The notes beneath the pieces are model-generated. The model was not told where the DNA came from. It did not search any database and was given only the letters and a program-made list of their open reading frames with translations. From Escherichia phage EPIMAM01, in sequence record PQ493298: DNA of 64,000 nucleotides, one strand, 5' to 3'. This document shows, one piece after another, positions 1 through 9,676 of the stretch. The position numbers and the translations under genes are program-made. Within the stretch, counting starts at the first letter, position 1. Every line of letters begins with the position of its first letter.

Positions 1-508
1 TTTCAGCTAATGTTCCTACCTCGAGCAGGTCTTCGACGAGTTTTCTTCTTGCAGGAGTGGATAGGCCCATAAAAGGGGTATATCCAGCCGTGCCGAGTAC
101 GACGATCTGTTTGAAACTGGCATATGACATTCCGATAAGCTGTTCAAATTCTGCTTGGAAATCTTTACTGCTGGCAGATTCATTAAGACGTGTACCGTTA
201 ACGGTGATTTCGAAAACATTCGGTTTTTGTCCTCTTTTGATATAGTACTTTTTCTCATCATATTCCATCCACAGTTCAACTAAAAGTTCTTTCTTATTTG
301 TGCTGTTTATTAATTGACCTTTCTTTACATCACGAAATGGCTTGCCAAAAAGCCCAAATGTGATGGCTTCTAACATAGTAGACTTACCACCGCCATTTCG
401 TCCAGTAATAAGAGTTTTTTGAACCTTATCTAGTTGAATGTCAATAGGATTTCCACCTACTGACATTATATTTTGATACCTAACTCGGTTTAGTTTAAAA
501 TTCTTCAC
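1..508 (-). CDS. 46: Recombination endonuclease subunit gp46 (Rad50/SbcC-like ATPase), N-terminal part; gene continues beyond window edge
   Basis: Minus-strand translation from GTG at 506-508 reads MKNFKLNRV...ITGRNGGGKST (Walker A) and stays open to position 1; GTGA overlap with upstream stop; position matches T4 order 47-46. Confidence 0.85.
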   Translation of the reverse strand, partial: MKNFKLNRVRYQNIMSVGGNPIDIQLDKVQKTLITGRNGGGKSTMLEAITFGLFGKPFRDVKKGQLINSTNKKELLVELWMEYDEKKYYIKRGQKPNVFEITVNGTRLNESASSKDFQAEFEQLIGMSYASFKQIVVLGTAGYTPFMGLSTPARRKLVEDLLEVGTLAE

Positions 509-720
509 AAAAGATTCCTTTTAATGTATCTTTTAGACCATTCTATCATATCATCATAATCTAAAAAGTATTCATCAAATTCAGCCATGCAAACAACGCC
601 TTGTGCTGCTTTTGATGTGATATAAATTATTCCAACATATCTAGAATCTTCTTCGGTGTAATCAATATTTGCTATGAATTCATCGTTAATGTCAAATGTC
701 GAAAACTTCACAGTATGCAT
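505..720 (-). CDS. Small hypothetical protein (46.1-like position); start may be ATG 720 or upstream ATG 768
   Basis: ORF on early strand between 47 and 46; stop overlaps gp46 GTG start. Confidence 0.4.
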   Translation of the reverse strand: MHTVKFSTFDINDEFIANIDYTEEDSRYVGIIYITSKAAQGVVCMAEFDEYFLDYDDMIEWSKRYIKRNLL

Positions 721-955
721 CCTTAATACAAGATACAGCCATATCTTGTAATGATTTAGGTGTGTCATTATCTAAAATGTTGAAGTTAAAAGATACAGCC
801 CAGTCAGTGCAGACCGTAACCTTTTTAATACAATTATCTTCAACCTCTAGCGGTTCAAACCAATATTCAATAATTTCTTTATGCCCAATATCATCTTTTA
901 CTTCGCATTCAAAATGCTGACTCATCATAACATTTTTAAATTCATCAAAAGTCAT
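692..955 (-). CDS. Small hypothetical protein (46.2-like position)
   Basis: 87-aa ORF; ATGA start/stop overlap with gene 47. Confidence 0.5.
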   Translation of the reverse strand: MTFDEFKNVMMSQHFECEVKDDIGHKEIIEYWFEPLEVEDNCIKKVTVCTDWAVSFNFNILDNDTPKSLQDMAVSCIKDAYCEVFDI

Positions 956-1971
956 TGTGTTGCCTCTACATATAACTGATTTGCATATTGAATAAGTGCT
1001 TCGCGATCAGAATCAGTGATGTCTGGAATTGCATTAATGTATTCTTCCATTAACGTCTGAAGAGATTGAACTTCAACTTCTTCACTATCATCTGACTCGA
1101 CAGAGTTATCAATCTTTGACACAACTCGTAATGAATGCACAACTTTTTCTAGTTCAGATTCGAACTTCGTTAGATTTTTGTCTACTTCAGTTACTATAAC
1201 ACGTACTGATAGATTTGTAAAATCTTTATAGTCAATTTTTCCCTTAAATGGATATTGAATTCGACGATGCCAGGTAGTGTTGTTTGGAATAAATTCCATT
1301 CGTTCTGTTTCTGTATCAAACATCCAGAACCCACGAGGGTCATTCTCGTCACCTGCAGTTAGTGTCCATGGTGTCCCAATATATCTGACGTTAGCAGCCT
1401 CAGAGATAGTATGGAAGTGACCAGACCACACCTCTTTATAAGTCTTAAGGAAATCAGGTTCAAGACCGTGAGATTTCATTCCTTTATAAAAATAAAATCC
1501 ATTCAGCTCCCAGTGACCAACACAAAAAGAAGCAGATGAAGTTTTGATGTGCTCAAGAATTTCACCAGTATTTTCTTCACACATCCAAGGAATTAAATCA
1601 ATCAAACATCCGTCAAAATCTACTGTAGTAGGCTTATCATATACTTTAACATTAGGATATTTAGCCAAAAGCTCAGTAGAAGCATTTGGAGTTAAAGTAT
1701 TTTTAAAGTGCATATCATGGTTTCCTACAACAGTATGTAGGGTAATACCAGCATCATCAAGCATTTGAACTATTTCACGAGCGAACTCCATAGTTTTATG
1801 TGTGATTGCTTTTCGCACATCAAAAATATCGCCGTATTGAATCCATGTAGTAATTCCATTTTTCTTAGAATATTCTATTGCTTGTTTAATTCCATCCAAC
1901 TGAATGGATTGAACCCACTCATCATCGGCTTTAACGCCTAAATGCCAATCACCCAAGTTTAGTATTTTCAT
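952..1971 (-). CDS. 47: Recombination endonuclease subunit gp47 (Mre11/SbcD-like nuclease)
   Basis: 339 aa; calcineurin-like phosphoesterase motifs GDWHLG, GDIFD, GNHD; N-terminus as recalled for T4 gp47. Confidence 0.9.
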   Translation of the reverse strand: MKILNLGDWHLGVKADDEWVQSIQLDGIKQAIEYSKKNGITTWIQYGDIFDVRKAITHKTMEFAREIVQMLDDAGITLHTVVGNHDMHFKNTLTPNASTELLAKYPNVKVYDKPTTVDFDGCLIDLIPWMCEENTGEILEHIKTSSASFCVGHWELNGFYFYKGMKSHGLEPDFLKTYKEVWSGHFHTISEAANVRYIGTPWTLTAGDENDPRGFWMFDTETERMEFIPNNTTWHRRIQYPFKGKIDYKDFTNLSVRVIVTEVDKNLTKFESELEKVVHSLRVVSKIDNSVESDDSEEVEVQSLQTLMEEYINAIPDITDSDREALIQYANQLYVEATQ

Positions 1972-2131
1972 ATATCAAGAACCGTCATTGAAATGCAAAA
2001 TAAAATTATTGAAATAAATCCATCTGGAGTGCTAAAGAACCCAATCCAACATGCTCTAGTGAATAGATAAAATGCGAGAAAAAGTATCACATATCCAAGA
2101 AATATCATTATATCAAACTCCGTATAAAGTT

Positions 2132-2149
2132 AAAGGGCCGAAGCCCTTT
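2132..2149 (-). terminator. GC stem-loop with UUCG tetraloop on transcribed strand, between a-gt and 47
   Basis: aaagggc-cgaa-gcccttt inverted repeat overlapping a-gt stop. Confidence 0.5.
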
Positions 2150-3350
2150 ATTTTGTAATAATGTCAAACTGTTCTTTAAAGCAGAAGCTTGAATCTTGAT
2201 GCTGATACAAAAATTCATAAGCTTTTTCGCGTTCACGGTCATAAAGATTTCGGTCAGATGACAGTTCTTTAATACGTTCAAATGTTGATTCCATGTCATT
2301 TTCATCAAACCAAACGATACCGCTATCATGAGAAATTAACGGAGTATTATCAACACGGAATTTTAAATTTTCGCCAGTAGATTTCCAAAATACTGGAATT
2401 GTTCCACATGCACCAAGCTCGAGATGAGTATATTCTAAAGAACGTTGTAGATATTTTTTATCCAACTTACTCAGCTGATAACCAAATCCGGATTTACTCA
2501 TGCGTTCAAGCATTTCGCTATTTACATAACGGTCAAGAATTTGCGTTGGCAAATTAGGAGCAATTTTAATTTGGTCTACTTGATGAAGACGATAATACTC
2601 ATATGGAATTCCTTTTTCTTTAATAGGAATGAACGCTGGAGAACGTTCCAGACCTTCCATAATAGTACTTAATCCCGCAGGTTTAAGATGTTTTTCGTGA
2701 AAATCAAACATCTGATAAAAACCTTTCCATGTAGTCGTACGACCGATCCAACGGTTGACATTCATATTAATTTCAGAAACATCTTTCCAGTAGGTTGATC
2801 GAACCTTCGCAATATCCATAGGAGGCTGAAAGTTGTATACAGTCGGTGCTTCTTCAATATCATCAAATAGAGAAACTGTTTCTGGATACCATTCTTTCAT
2901 CAGAACTTTATTAAAATCACCATTATCAGAATGACTAAAAATAACATCAGCTCGACGAACAGTTTCTTCTAATCCCAAATTTCGGCGCAAAGAAAGAGAA
3001 GAATGGTCATGTTGATAAACTACAACACGAACCGAAGGTTTAATGTTATCAATAATTTTTTTATAGTTATTAATAGTGTCTTCTTCGACTGAAGTAGCAG
3101 GAACTGAATTGATAATTAGAATATCACAATCATTTACCAGCTTAAGTGTTTTATCGTATTCTTTTGTCAATAAAACCGGAATTGAAAATGATTTATAATC
3201 ATGCGCGCAATTACGAGTAAATGATTTATCTTTAGCATAAACCAAAGTTACTTCATGACCATTTTTAATAAACCAATCACGCTGCTCGAGAGAAAATTTA
3301 GTTACGCCGCAACCTTCAAGACCTCGAGCCATAAAAATGCATACTTTCAT
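2148..3350 (-). CDS. a-gt: DNA alpha-glucosyltransferase
   Basis: 400 aa; N-terminus MKVCIFMARGLEGCGVTKFSLEQRDWFIKNGHEV matches my recollection of T4 alpha-glucosyltransferase; position after 47. Confidence 0.8.
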   Translation of the reverse strand: MKVCIFMARGLEGCGVTKFSLEQRDWFIKNGHEVTLVYAKDKSFTRNCAHDYKSFSIPVLLTKEYDKTLKLVNDCDILIINSVPATSVEEDTINNYKKIIDNIKPSVRVVVYQHDHSSLSLRRNLGLEETVRRADVIFSHSDNGDFNKVLMKEWYPETVSLFDDIEEAPTVYNFQPPMDIAKVRSTYWKDVSEINMNVNRWIGRTTTWKGFYQMFDFHEKHLKPAGLSTIMEGLERSPAFIPIKEKGIPYEYYRLHQVDQIKIAPNLPTQILDRYVNSEMLERMSKSGFGYQLSKLDKKYLQRSLEYTHLELGACGTIPVFWKSTGENLKFRVDNTPLISHDSGIVWFDENDMESTFERIKELSSDRNLYDREREKAYEFLYQHQDSSFCFKEQFDIITK

Positions 3351-3400
3351 TTAATATCCTCATTGTTTTGGTTTATTTTACCAAAAATTTATAAAGCAAT

Positions 3401-3420
3401 ATAGGAGCCGAAGCTCCTAT
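3401..3420 (-). terminator. Stem-loop with UUCG tetraloop (minus strand)
   Basis: ataggagc-cgaa-gctcctat. Confidence 0.5.
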
Positions 3421-3593
3421 CCACATAATACACCATACAGAGGCTCATTAGAGCTTCTAAATTTTATACGCTTATATGTTATAGTTCCTTCTGCTTTAGC
3501 TTTATCATGAGACTCTTTAAAGCGTCTCATCATTTCTGCTTTAGAGGAACGAATTTTATTATAATCTATTTCAGAAGTCTGGGTGTTCATCTT

Positions 3594-3800
3594 TCACAGT
3601 TGCCACCATTTTTTGACTTGATAGGAATCAACCCACACTTTCATATTAGGGTCTGCTCTTACAATAGGAGGATTAACTTCTTTAATTGAACTATCATGGT
3701 ATTCTTTTTCAGAAATTTTCACACAAAGATGACCGTTCAAAGATTCAGTAAATCCTGCATTAATTTTAAGACGCTTGAATTTTACGTTTGTAAGCATCAA
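3594..3800 (-). CDS. Small hypothetical protein
   Basis: 68-aa ORF on early strand; overlaps upstream ORF end. Confidence 0.3.
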   Translation of the reverse strand: MMLTNVKFKRLKINAGFTESLNGHLCVKISEKEYHDSSIKEVNPPIVRADPNMKVWVDSYQVKKWWQL

Positions 3801-4083
3801 TCATATCCTCAATCTGCGATCTAGTAGTCTTCCAAAGAATACTAATGAGTTCATCGTTATATGGCTGTTTTAGAATATCCCGACTTTTCTTGATAGCATA
3901 TTCGTATTGAGCAAAATTATTGTTTTCAGCTGCAATCTGAGCGTGCTTATAAAGACGATTCAGTTCGCGTTTGTTTTTAGACAATAACTTATTTGCTTTT
4001 CTTTCTGCTTCAAGACGGTTCTTTTCTTCAATAGAAGAAATAAGCTTTTCCACTTCATCATTAATTTCGGGTTTATCAGTCAT
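3766..4083 (-). CDS. Hypothetical protein, lysine-rich/coiled-coil
   Basis: 105-aa ORF on early strand. Confidence 0.5.
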   Translation of the reverse strand: MTDKPEINDEVEKLISSIEEKNRLEAERKANKLLSKNKRELNRLYKHAQIAAENNNFAQYEYAIKKSRDILKQPYNDELISILWKTTRSQIEDMIDAYKRKIQAS

Positions 4084-4084
4084 A

Positions 4085-4303
4085 TTATTTCTCTAATATA
4101 AAATAAAAATCATCATCTGTTAAATGATACCGATAGTTTAATTCTACACCATTAGATTTAAAAGCGGTATCATACGGATTTTCTGGATCAATATCAATGT
4201 CAAGAGCTAAAACTTCCCTGAGATACATTTTAAGTAAATAGGGAATAGCTTCAACTTCAGGTATTTCTTCCAAGAATCCGGAGAGGTTAATCGTTAGCCT
4301 CAT
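4085..4303 (-). CDS. Small acidic hypothetical protein
   Basis: 72-aa ORF; start overlaps gene 55 stop region. Confidence 0.5.
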
Positions 4304-4844
4304 ATAAAAAATCCAAACTAGGAGAATCGTCTACAACACTTTTCTTTTCAGCCCCCGGTGTTCTATAGGTTGATTCTTCGTAATGCGTCATTTTATCGTA
4401 GATGTCTTGAATAAAAGTTTCATCTACTAACGCAACCATATCGTCGTCACGACTGTCATAGACATTGTGAACGAAGTAACTGTATTTCTTTGCAACTTCC
4501 TTACGTTCTTTTTTAATACGTTGGACGAATGCATTAAAACAAGCTTGAGTTATATATGCATGTGGGTTTTTATATTTCGTTTCATCAAAATTATGAAGCC
4601 CCTTAATAGAAGCTTCTATACCATCTGCAATCATTTCTTGTTTCCAGGATTGGGTGTATCCTGAAAAGTTGAAACGTTTAGATAAGCCTTCTGCAATAAG
4701 CATAATGGCTAATCCGATAGTATCATTCTGACGAACTACTTTATTTGGGTCTTTATTATTTGCTAATTCTGTTTTCCAATCAATAATAGCTTGTAAAAGC
4801 TCTTTATTGTTTACGTAATTATATTTAGGCTTAGTTTCTGACAT
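4287..4844 (-). CDS. 55: Late-transcription sigma factor gp55
   Basis: 185 aa from ATG 4844 ([23 protein letters not shown]...), matching my recollection of T4 gp55; upstream GTG/K extension in ORF track rejected. Confidence 0.85.
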
Positions 4845-4922
4845 TTTCACCTCTTAGCTCAATTCATAGATCTATTATATCATAATATTTGAAGATCTAT
4901 CTTAAAGCATAGAGGATATCAG

Positions 4923-5192
4923 TTATCTAAGTAAGCAGTATGCTTGGAACACTTTCTCCATCATCTTTTTAAATTCATGAATATCTATATAATGACTAGT
5001 TAAATCAGCATGATATAAAAAGTCTAAAAACTTTTCATGTGTGCTAACATATTCACTTTCATTTAATTCAGAAACATGGCTTTCCCAATATCCAACACCA
5101 GTCTTATTTGGGAAAAATGAAATTTTCATGTATTGATCAACATAGAAAATGCCATAATTTTCAATAGTAATAGAAATATTAATAAATTTCAT
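4923..5192 (-). CDS. Hypothetical protein
   Basis: 89-aa ORF on early strand. Confidence 0.5.
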   Translation of the reverse strand: MKFINISITIENYGIFYVDQYMKISFFPNKTGVGYWESHVSELNESEYVSTHEKFLDFLYHADLTSHYIDIHEFKKMMEKVFQAYCLLR

Positions 5193-5410
5193 GCATTCAT
5201 CAACTTAGCCGCTTCAAGAGCTGCATCTAGTGAATCAAACTGGTCAACGTATTCAATCAATTCGCCATAATTAGCGTATAACCACCATTGGCTAAATTCA
5301 TACTCAAGGATGAATCCATTTCCTTCAATTTGAGTTAAACCAATGCCATTTGTATTTACTTCATATCCGGCAAGACGCAAATCGTTAATAAGAGCTTCGT
5401 TCATATTCAT
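5189..5410 (-). CDS. Hypothetical protein
   Basis: 73-aa ORF; 4-nt overlap with flanking ORFs. Confidence 0.5.
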   Translation of the reverse strand: MNMNEALINDLRLAGYEVNTNGIGLTQIEGNGFILEYEFSQWWLYANYGELIEYVDQFDSLDAALEAAKLMNA

Positions 5411-5733
5411 ACCTTAGCAATTTTCAGGTCAGCAAATTTTTTCTTGCGTTGATTTTTCATACGACGAATAGTTTTATCGGAAATTTCATGCTTTTGATAA
5501 GCTTTAGATTCTACACCAAAAGCTTTAACATCAAATTCTGACAAGATATATTGAACCAACAATTCACGGACAGTATTGCGTCCAATCTTCTGATCATTCT
5601 GTTTCATCGTCTGATGAAGATCTTTTTCCCATTTATCCAAAATTTGAGGAGTTACAATATCGCCTTTTTCTAGCAAAGAAACTACTTTATCATATGCATA
5701 AGAATTGATGGCGTTTTTAATTTGAATAGTCAT
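5407..5733 (-). CDS. Hypothetical protein
   Basis: 108-aa ORF; coupled to downstream ORF. Confidence 0.5.
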   Translation of the reverse strand: MTIQIKNAINSYAYDKVVSLLEKGDIVTPQILDKWEKDLHQTMKQNDQKIGRNTVRELLVQYILSEFDVKAFGVESKAYQKHEISDKTIRRMKNQRKKKFADLKIAKV

Positions 5734-5771
5734 ACATTATCCTCAATTACATTAAAATTTTATTATCCAAA

Positions 5772-5787
5772 AAGGGCCGAAGCCCTT
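5772..5787 (-). terminator. Stem-loop with UUCG tetraloop (minus strand)
   Basis: aagggc-cgaa-gccctt overlapping stop of ORF 5786-5986. Confidence 0.5.
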
Positions 5788-5986
5788 AGCTAAACTTTTT
5801 GGCACCCTTCCAGCCTTCGTACATCATTGCGGCTGATATTAATATTGCTCCTGAGCAACTTGAATATTTGTGATTCCAAAACCAGTTTAGAAAAACTTCG
5901 TCATCAATACCTTGGGCTATCATATTTTCAAAGAACTGACGACGAGCTTCAGCAATTCGTTGTGATAATTTAGATTCAGGATTCAT
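5786..5986 (-). CDS. Small hypothetical protein
   Basis: 66-aa ORF. Confidence 0.45.
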   Translation of the reverse strand: MNPESKLSQRIAEARRQFFENMIAQGIDDEVFLNWFWNHKYSSCSGAILISAAMMYEGWKGAKKFS

Positions 5987-6118
5987 TTAAATTTTCCAGT
6001 TACCATTTTCATCAATAAATTTAATCCAGTCATTTACTGACCACTTGGTCGTATCGCCCTTTGGAGCAACATTTAAAATGTATAATCCTTGTTTAAAAAG
6101 CATGCGTTTGATATTCAT
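5987..6118 (-). CDS. Small hypothetical protein (43 aa from ATG 6118)
   Basis: GAGGAAA Shine-Dalgarno 7 nt upstream of ATG 6118; longer track version overlaps upstream gene. Confidence 0.4.
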   Translation of the reverse strand: MNIKRMLFKQGLYILNVAPKGDTTKWSVNDWIKFIDENGNWKI

Positions 6119-6125
6119 ATTTTCC

Positions 6126-6419
6126 TCAGCTGTAACGATAGCACTCGTTTGATTTACGCTTAGCAACTCGTTGAGAAGTATTATAATCAAAATCATCGTC
6201 AATGTAAACTGATTTTTTCAACTTTCTTACTTCACCACGTAATTGGCGATTTAGCTCATCTTTAACTTCTGAATCGATGCCTTTCATTCTACGCCATTTA
6301 TCAGAGCGAAAAATGTTTTCAACCATATCTTTATGACTTACACCATCAGGAGCTTTACGCTTTCCGAAATAGTCATAATCACGTACTTTTAAATCTTTAC
6401 GACGATACGTTTTACCCAT
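6126..6419 (-). CDS. Basic hypothetical protein
   Basis: ORF with ATG 6419 just after upstream stop; K/R-rich. Confidence 0.5.
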   Translation of the reverse strand: MGKTYRRKDLKVRDYDYFGKRKAPDGVSHKDMVENIFRSDKWRRMKGIDSEVKDELNRQLRGEVRKLKKSVYIDDDFDYNTSQRVAKRKSNECYRYS

Positions 6420-6594
6420 GGAGTTTAATTTCCTTAGCAACTGAACTAAATACAGCACGATCACAAATCATCTGTTTATGTAACTTGAGTATAAGATAAT
6501 AAACTTCAAAACCGTTTACATAAGTAACACGAACAACATTACCATTAATAAAATAATATTGTCCCTTTTTAATTTCTTTATCAACCACAACCAT
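6412..6594 (-). CDS. Small hypothetical protein
   Basis: 60-aa ORF downstream of early promoter at 6625-6654. Confidence 0.4.
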   Translation of the reverse strand: MVVVDKEIKKGQYYFINGNVVRVTYVNGFEVYYLILKLHKQMICDRAVFSSVAKEIKLHG

Positions 6595-6624
6595 ATCAAA
6601 TCCTCAAAGGCAATTCATATGTTA

Positions 6625-6654
6625 ATAATACCGCAGTTTGAACTTCTTGTAAAC
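6625..6654 (-). promoter_or_regulatory. T4-type early promoter (GTTTAC -35, TATTAT -10) on minus strand
   Basis: gtaaac at 6649-6654 and ataata at 6625-6630 on forward strand, 18-nt spacer; conserved upstream TTTCACAAA block. Confidence 0.5.
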
Positions 6655-6735
6655 AACTTTGTGAAAATTATTTTAGGGAACGATAAGAAGGGAACGATAG
6701 CTTAGAATGGTAATATACAGAATGTGAGAAAGAAA

Positions 6736-6748
6736 GGCCCAGAGGGCC
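6736..6748 (-). terminator. Short GC hairpin downstream of nrdH
   Basis: ggccc-aga-gggcc. Confidence 0.35.
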
Positions 6749-6752
6749 CGTC

Positions 6753-7061
6753 TTAATCTTCTATGATATCTCTATCATATCCAAGTGAAATGAGAGTTTC
6801 TTTGAAGTGTTTAATATTCTTTTGTCTAGAATCATTAATGAAAATGACTGGATAACGAATATTAAGAGATGTGAATCCAGCGCGTTTAGCAAGAGATACA
6901 ATCAGTGGACGATCATACTCAATCTTACCATTATTTGTAAGAACTTTATAGAAAGTAAAAGGAGCATTGAGCTCCTTTAGAAGTTTTGTAACTGATTGAC
7001 ATCCAGGACAACGACCTACTTCATCTGGAATTCCATAGACTTCAATCTTGTTTTGTTTCAC
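6753..7061 (-). CDS. nrdH: Glutaredoxin-like protein NrdH
   Basis: 102 aa with CPGC redox motif; immediately upstream of nrdG/nrdD. Confidence 0.7.
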   Translation of the reverse strand: MKQNKIEVYGIPDEVGRCPGCQSVTKLLKELNAPFTFYKVLTNNGKIEYDRPLIVSLAKRAGFTSLNIRYPVIFINDSRQKNIKHFKETLISLGYDRDIIED

Positions 7062-7063
7062 AA

Positions 7064-7276
7064 CTATTCCTTACTAAGAGCAGCATTCAGCTTATTAGTA
7101 ATTTTATCCAGACGCTCATTGAACTCGCTAGAAGATAGTCCTTTTTCTGGAGAAATTAAGCTAATCACGAAAAATATAGCAATAAAAGGAATAAGAAAAA
7201 TAGCACCAACTGCCATAAACAAAAAGAACGTTACAGTTGTAAGAAAATCAGCTAAACCTTTACGAAATTTATACAT
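7064..7276 (-). CDS. Small membrane protein
   Basis: 70 aa with one long hydrophobic helix. Confidence 0.5.
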   Translation of the reverse strand: MYKFRKGLADFLTTVTFFLFMAVGAIFLIPFIAIFFVISLISPEKGLSSSEFNERLDKITNKLNAALSKE

Positions 7277-7391
7277 ATTTTACCCTTAATTGATTAACCA
7301 AGCATTGATAAGCACTAAACTATATTGTGAATAAAATTCTGGACCAAAATGAAAAATCATATCATTTATAGTGTCCATAATATAATTCAAT

Positions 7392-7862
7392 TTAATCATG
7401 TTTCCACACCCCATCGGTATTTGACCAAAGTCGCTGATTATCTGATCCTCGCCACAGCTTTTTAGTCGGAAGATTTTTCTCATACTTCCCATCAATAATA
7501 ACATCAACATATTTAAGCATTTCTAGTTGTTTAATATCCTCAAACTTATATCCTGTCCACAACCAAATGCTTTTATTTGGATAAAGATTTTTTACTGTTT
7601 GAACAATGCAATGAATAACATCTCGGTTATCAGGATAGAGAGGGTCTCCTCCAGTTATAGTCAATCCTTCTATATAATCATTATTCAAACATTCAATTAA
7701 TTGTTCCAGTGTTTCACCAGTGAATGGAACGCCATTTCTAGCATTCCATGTTGATTTATTATAACACCCTTCGCATTTATGCAAACAACCTGTAACGAAA
7801 AGAACGACCCTGCATCCAGGGCCATTCACAAAATCACAAGGATAAAATCTATCATAATTCAT
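7392..7862 (-). CDS. nrdG: Anaerobic ribonucleotide reductase activating protein NrdG (radical SAM)
   Basis: 156 aa; CxxxCxxC-type cluster motif (GCLHKCEGCYN); ATGA-coupled to nrdD. Confidence 0.85.
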   Translation of the reverse strand: MNYDRFYPCDFVNGPGCRVVLFVTGCLHKCEGCYNKSTWNARNGVPFTGETLEQLIECLNNDYIEGLTITGGDPLYPDNRDVIHCIVQTVKNLYPNKSIWLWTGYKFEDIKQLEMLKYVDVIIDGKYEKNLPTKKLWRGSDNQRLWSNTDGVWKHD

Positions 7863-9676
7863 TGGTGTTTAACCCTATGCATGATTTCTTTATTTTTTCC
7901 AAGATTAAATCCGCGTTCGTTCGGATTTCCCAAATAACCACAAGTTCTTCTTATTGTGTTCATCTTTTTAGGATCAGTTTCTCCACAAATAGAACAAACA
8001 AATCCGTTTTCAGTAGGAGTCATTTCATGAGTACTTCCACACGTAAAACATTTATCTACTGGCATATTAACACCAAAATAATCTAAATGTTGTGCAGCAT
8101 AATCCCATACAGCCTCAAGACCTTTTAGGTTATTTTTCATATCAGGAAGTTCAACATAAGAAATGTGACCACCTGTCGCAATGAAATGATATGGGGCTTC
8201 GCGAGAAATCTTTTCAAACGGAGTAATATTTTCTTCTACTGAAACATGGAAACTGTTAGTGTACCAGCCTTTATCAGTAACATCCTTTACACTTCCATAT
8301 TTCTCAGTATCAAGTTTACAGAAGCGATAGCACAGGTTTTCAGCAGGAGTAGAATACAAGCTAAAAGCAAAACCGGTTCTTTCAGTCCACTGCTTAAGAC
8401 GAGCATTCATTTTAGTTAAAATTTCCTGTCCAATATCACGACCGACAAGAATATTCAATTCGTGAATACCAATGTATCCTAAGGACACTGAACTTCTACC
8501 GTTTTTAAATAACTCAATTATGTCGTCATCAGGTTTAAGACGAACCCCAAATGCACCTTCTTGGTAAAGAATAGGAGCAACAGTCGCTTTAACTCCTTTT
8601 AAGGAACTAATTCTACACATCAAAGCTTCAAAACACAAATCCATTCGTTCATTGAACAATTCAGCAAATTTCTGTTCATTGAACTGTGTTCCAATATAAG
8701 AATCTAACGCAATGCGAGGAAGATTCAGTGTTACAACGCCAAGATTATTACGTCCATCAAGAATTTCATTACCAGTCGAATCTTTCCATACGCTCAAGAA
8801 ACTACGGCAACCCATTGGAGAAACAGGAATAGATGAACCGGTGATAGCTTTATTGTTCTTAGCTGAAATAATATCAGGATACATTCTTTTGCTTGCACAC
8901 TCTAGAGCAAGCTGCTTAATATCATAGTTTGGATCGTCTTTATAAAGATTAACACCTTCTTCAACGAACATAACAAGCTTAGGGAAAATAGGAGTTATCC
9001 CATCACGACCAAGACCTTTAATACGATTTTTCAGAATTGCTTTCTGAATCATTCGTTCAGTCCAGTCAGTTCCCGTACCAAATGTAATTGTTACAAAAGG
9101 CGTTTGTCCGTTTGAACTAAAGAGAGTATTTACTTCATATTCATAAGCTTGGAATGCATCGTATACGTCTTTTTCTGTTTTAGACTGGGCGTAATTCAAT
9201 GCATCGGCGATTTGCCATTTTTCTGCATCCTCAATATGTTTTGCATAGGTGCGTTTAACATATGGAGAAAGTACTTTATCTACATTCGCAAAAGTCGTTC
9301 CGCCATATTGATGAGAAGCAACCTGTGCAGTAATTTGTGCCATAATTGCAGTAGCAACGCCGATTGATTTAGGAGTTTCAATCTGCGCATTACCGAGCTT
9401 AAATCCGTTCTCAAGCATTCCTTTTAAATCTACTAAACAGCAATTAGTAAATGGAAGAGCAGGGGAATAATCAATATCGTGGAAATGGATAATTCCGCTT
9501 TCATGCGCTTTCATAATAAAAGACGGGACCATATTTTTGGCAATGTGTTTAGACACAATACCAGCCATAAGGTCCCGTTGAGTTGGAAAAACACGAGAAT
9601 CTTTATTAGCATTCTCGTTCAAAAGGTCTTTATTAGTTTTATGAATCAATCCTTCAATTTCTTTTTCAATCGTCAT
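7859..9676 (-). CDS. nrdD: Anaerobic ribonucleoside-triphosphate reductase NrdD, uninterrupted
   Basis: 605 aa; C-terminal zinc ribbon CxxC...CxxC and glycyl-radical motif RTCGYLG. Confidence 0.9.
   Translation of the reverse strand: MTIEKEIEGLIHKTNKDLLNENANKDSRVFPTQRDLMAGIVSKHIAKNMVPSFIMKAHESGIIHFHDIDYSPALPFTNCCLVDLKGMLENGFKLGNAQIETPKSIGVATAIMAQITAQVASHQYGGTTFANVDKVLSPYVKRTYAKHIEDAEKWQIADALNYAQSKTEKDVYDAFQAYEYEVNTLFSSNGQTPFVTITFGTGTDWTERMIQKAILKNRIKGLGRDGITPIFPKLVMFVEEGVNLYKDDPNYDIKQLALECASKRMYPDIISAKNNKAITGSSIPVSPMGCRSFLSVWKDSTGNEILDGRNNLGVVTLNLPRIALDSYIGTQFNEQKFAELFNERMDLCFEALMCRISSLKGVKATVAPILYQEGAFGVRLKPDDDIIELFKNGRSSVSLGYIGIHELNILVGRDIGQEILTKMNARLKQWTERTGFAFSLYSTPAENLCYRFCKLDTEKYGSVKDVTDKGWYTNSFHVSVEENITPFEKISREAPYHFIATGGHISYVELPDMKNNLKGLEAVWDYAAQHLDYFGVNMPVDKCFTCGSTHEMTPTENGFVCSICGETDPKKMNTIRRTCGYLGNPNERGFNLGKNKEIMHRVKHQ

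Noticed and set aside
57-245. Plus-strand ORFs inside minus-strand early genes (e.g. 57-245, 1544-1768, 4467-4664, 6996-7289, 7862-8086, 8712-8927, 9149-9367, 9479-9760, 19695-20036, 27936-28325)
   Set aside because: They run antisense to well-supported early genes, have low-complexity hydrophobic translations and no ribosome-binding context.
16-279. Minus-strand ORF of 87 aa in the ORF track inside the gene 46 region
   Set aside because: It is in a different frame from the continuous gp46 reading frame (GTG at 508 open to position 1), which carries the Walker A motif; judged an alternate-frame artefact.
7286-7510. 74-aa ORF overlapping the 3' end of nrdG
   Set aside because: Overlaps nrdG by about 120 nt in another frame; only a ~30-aa remnant downstream of nrdG would be independent, too weak to call.
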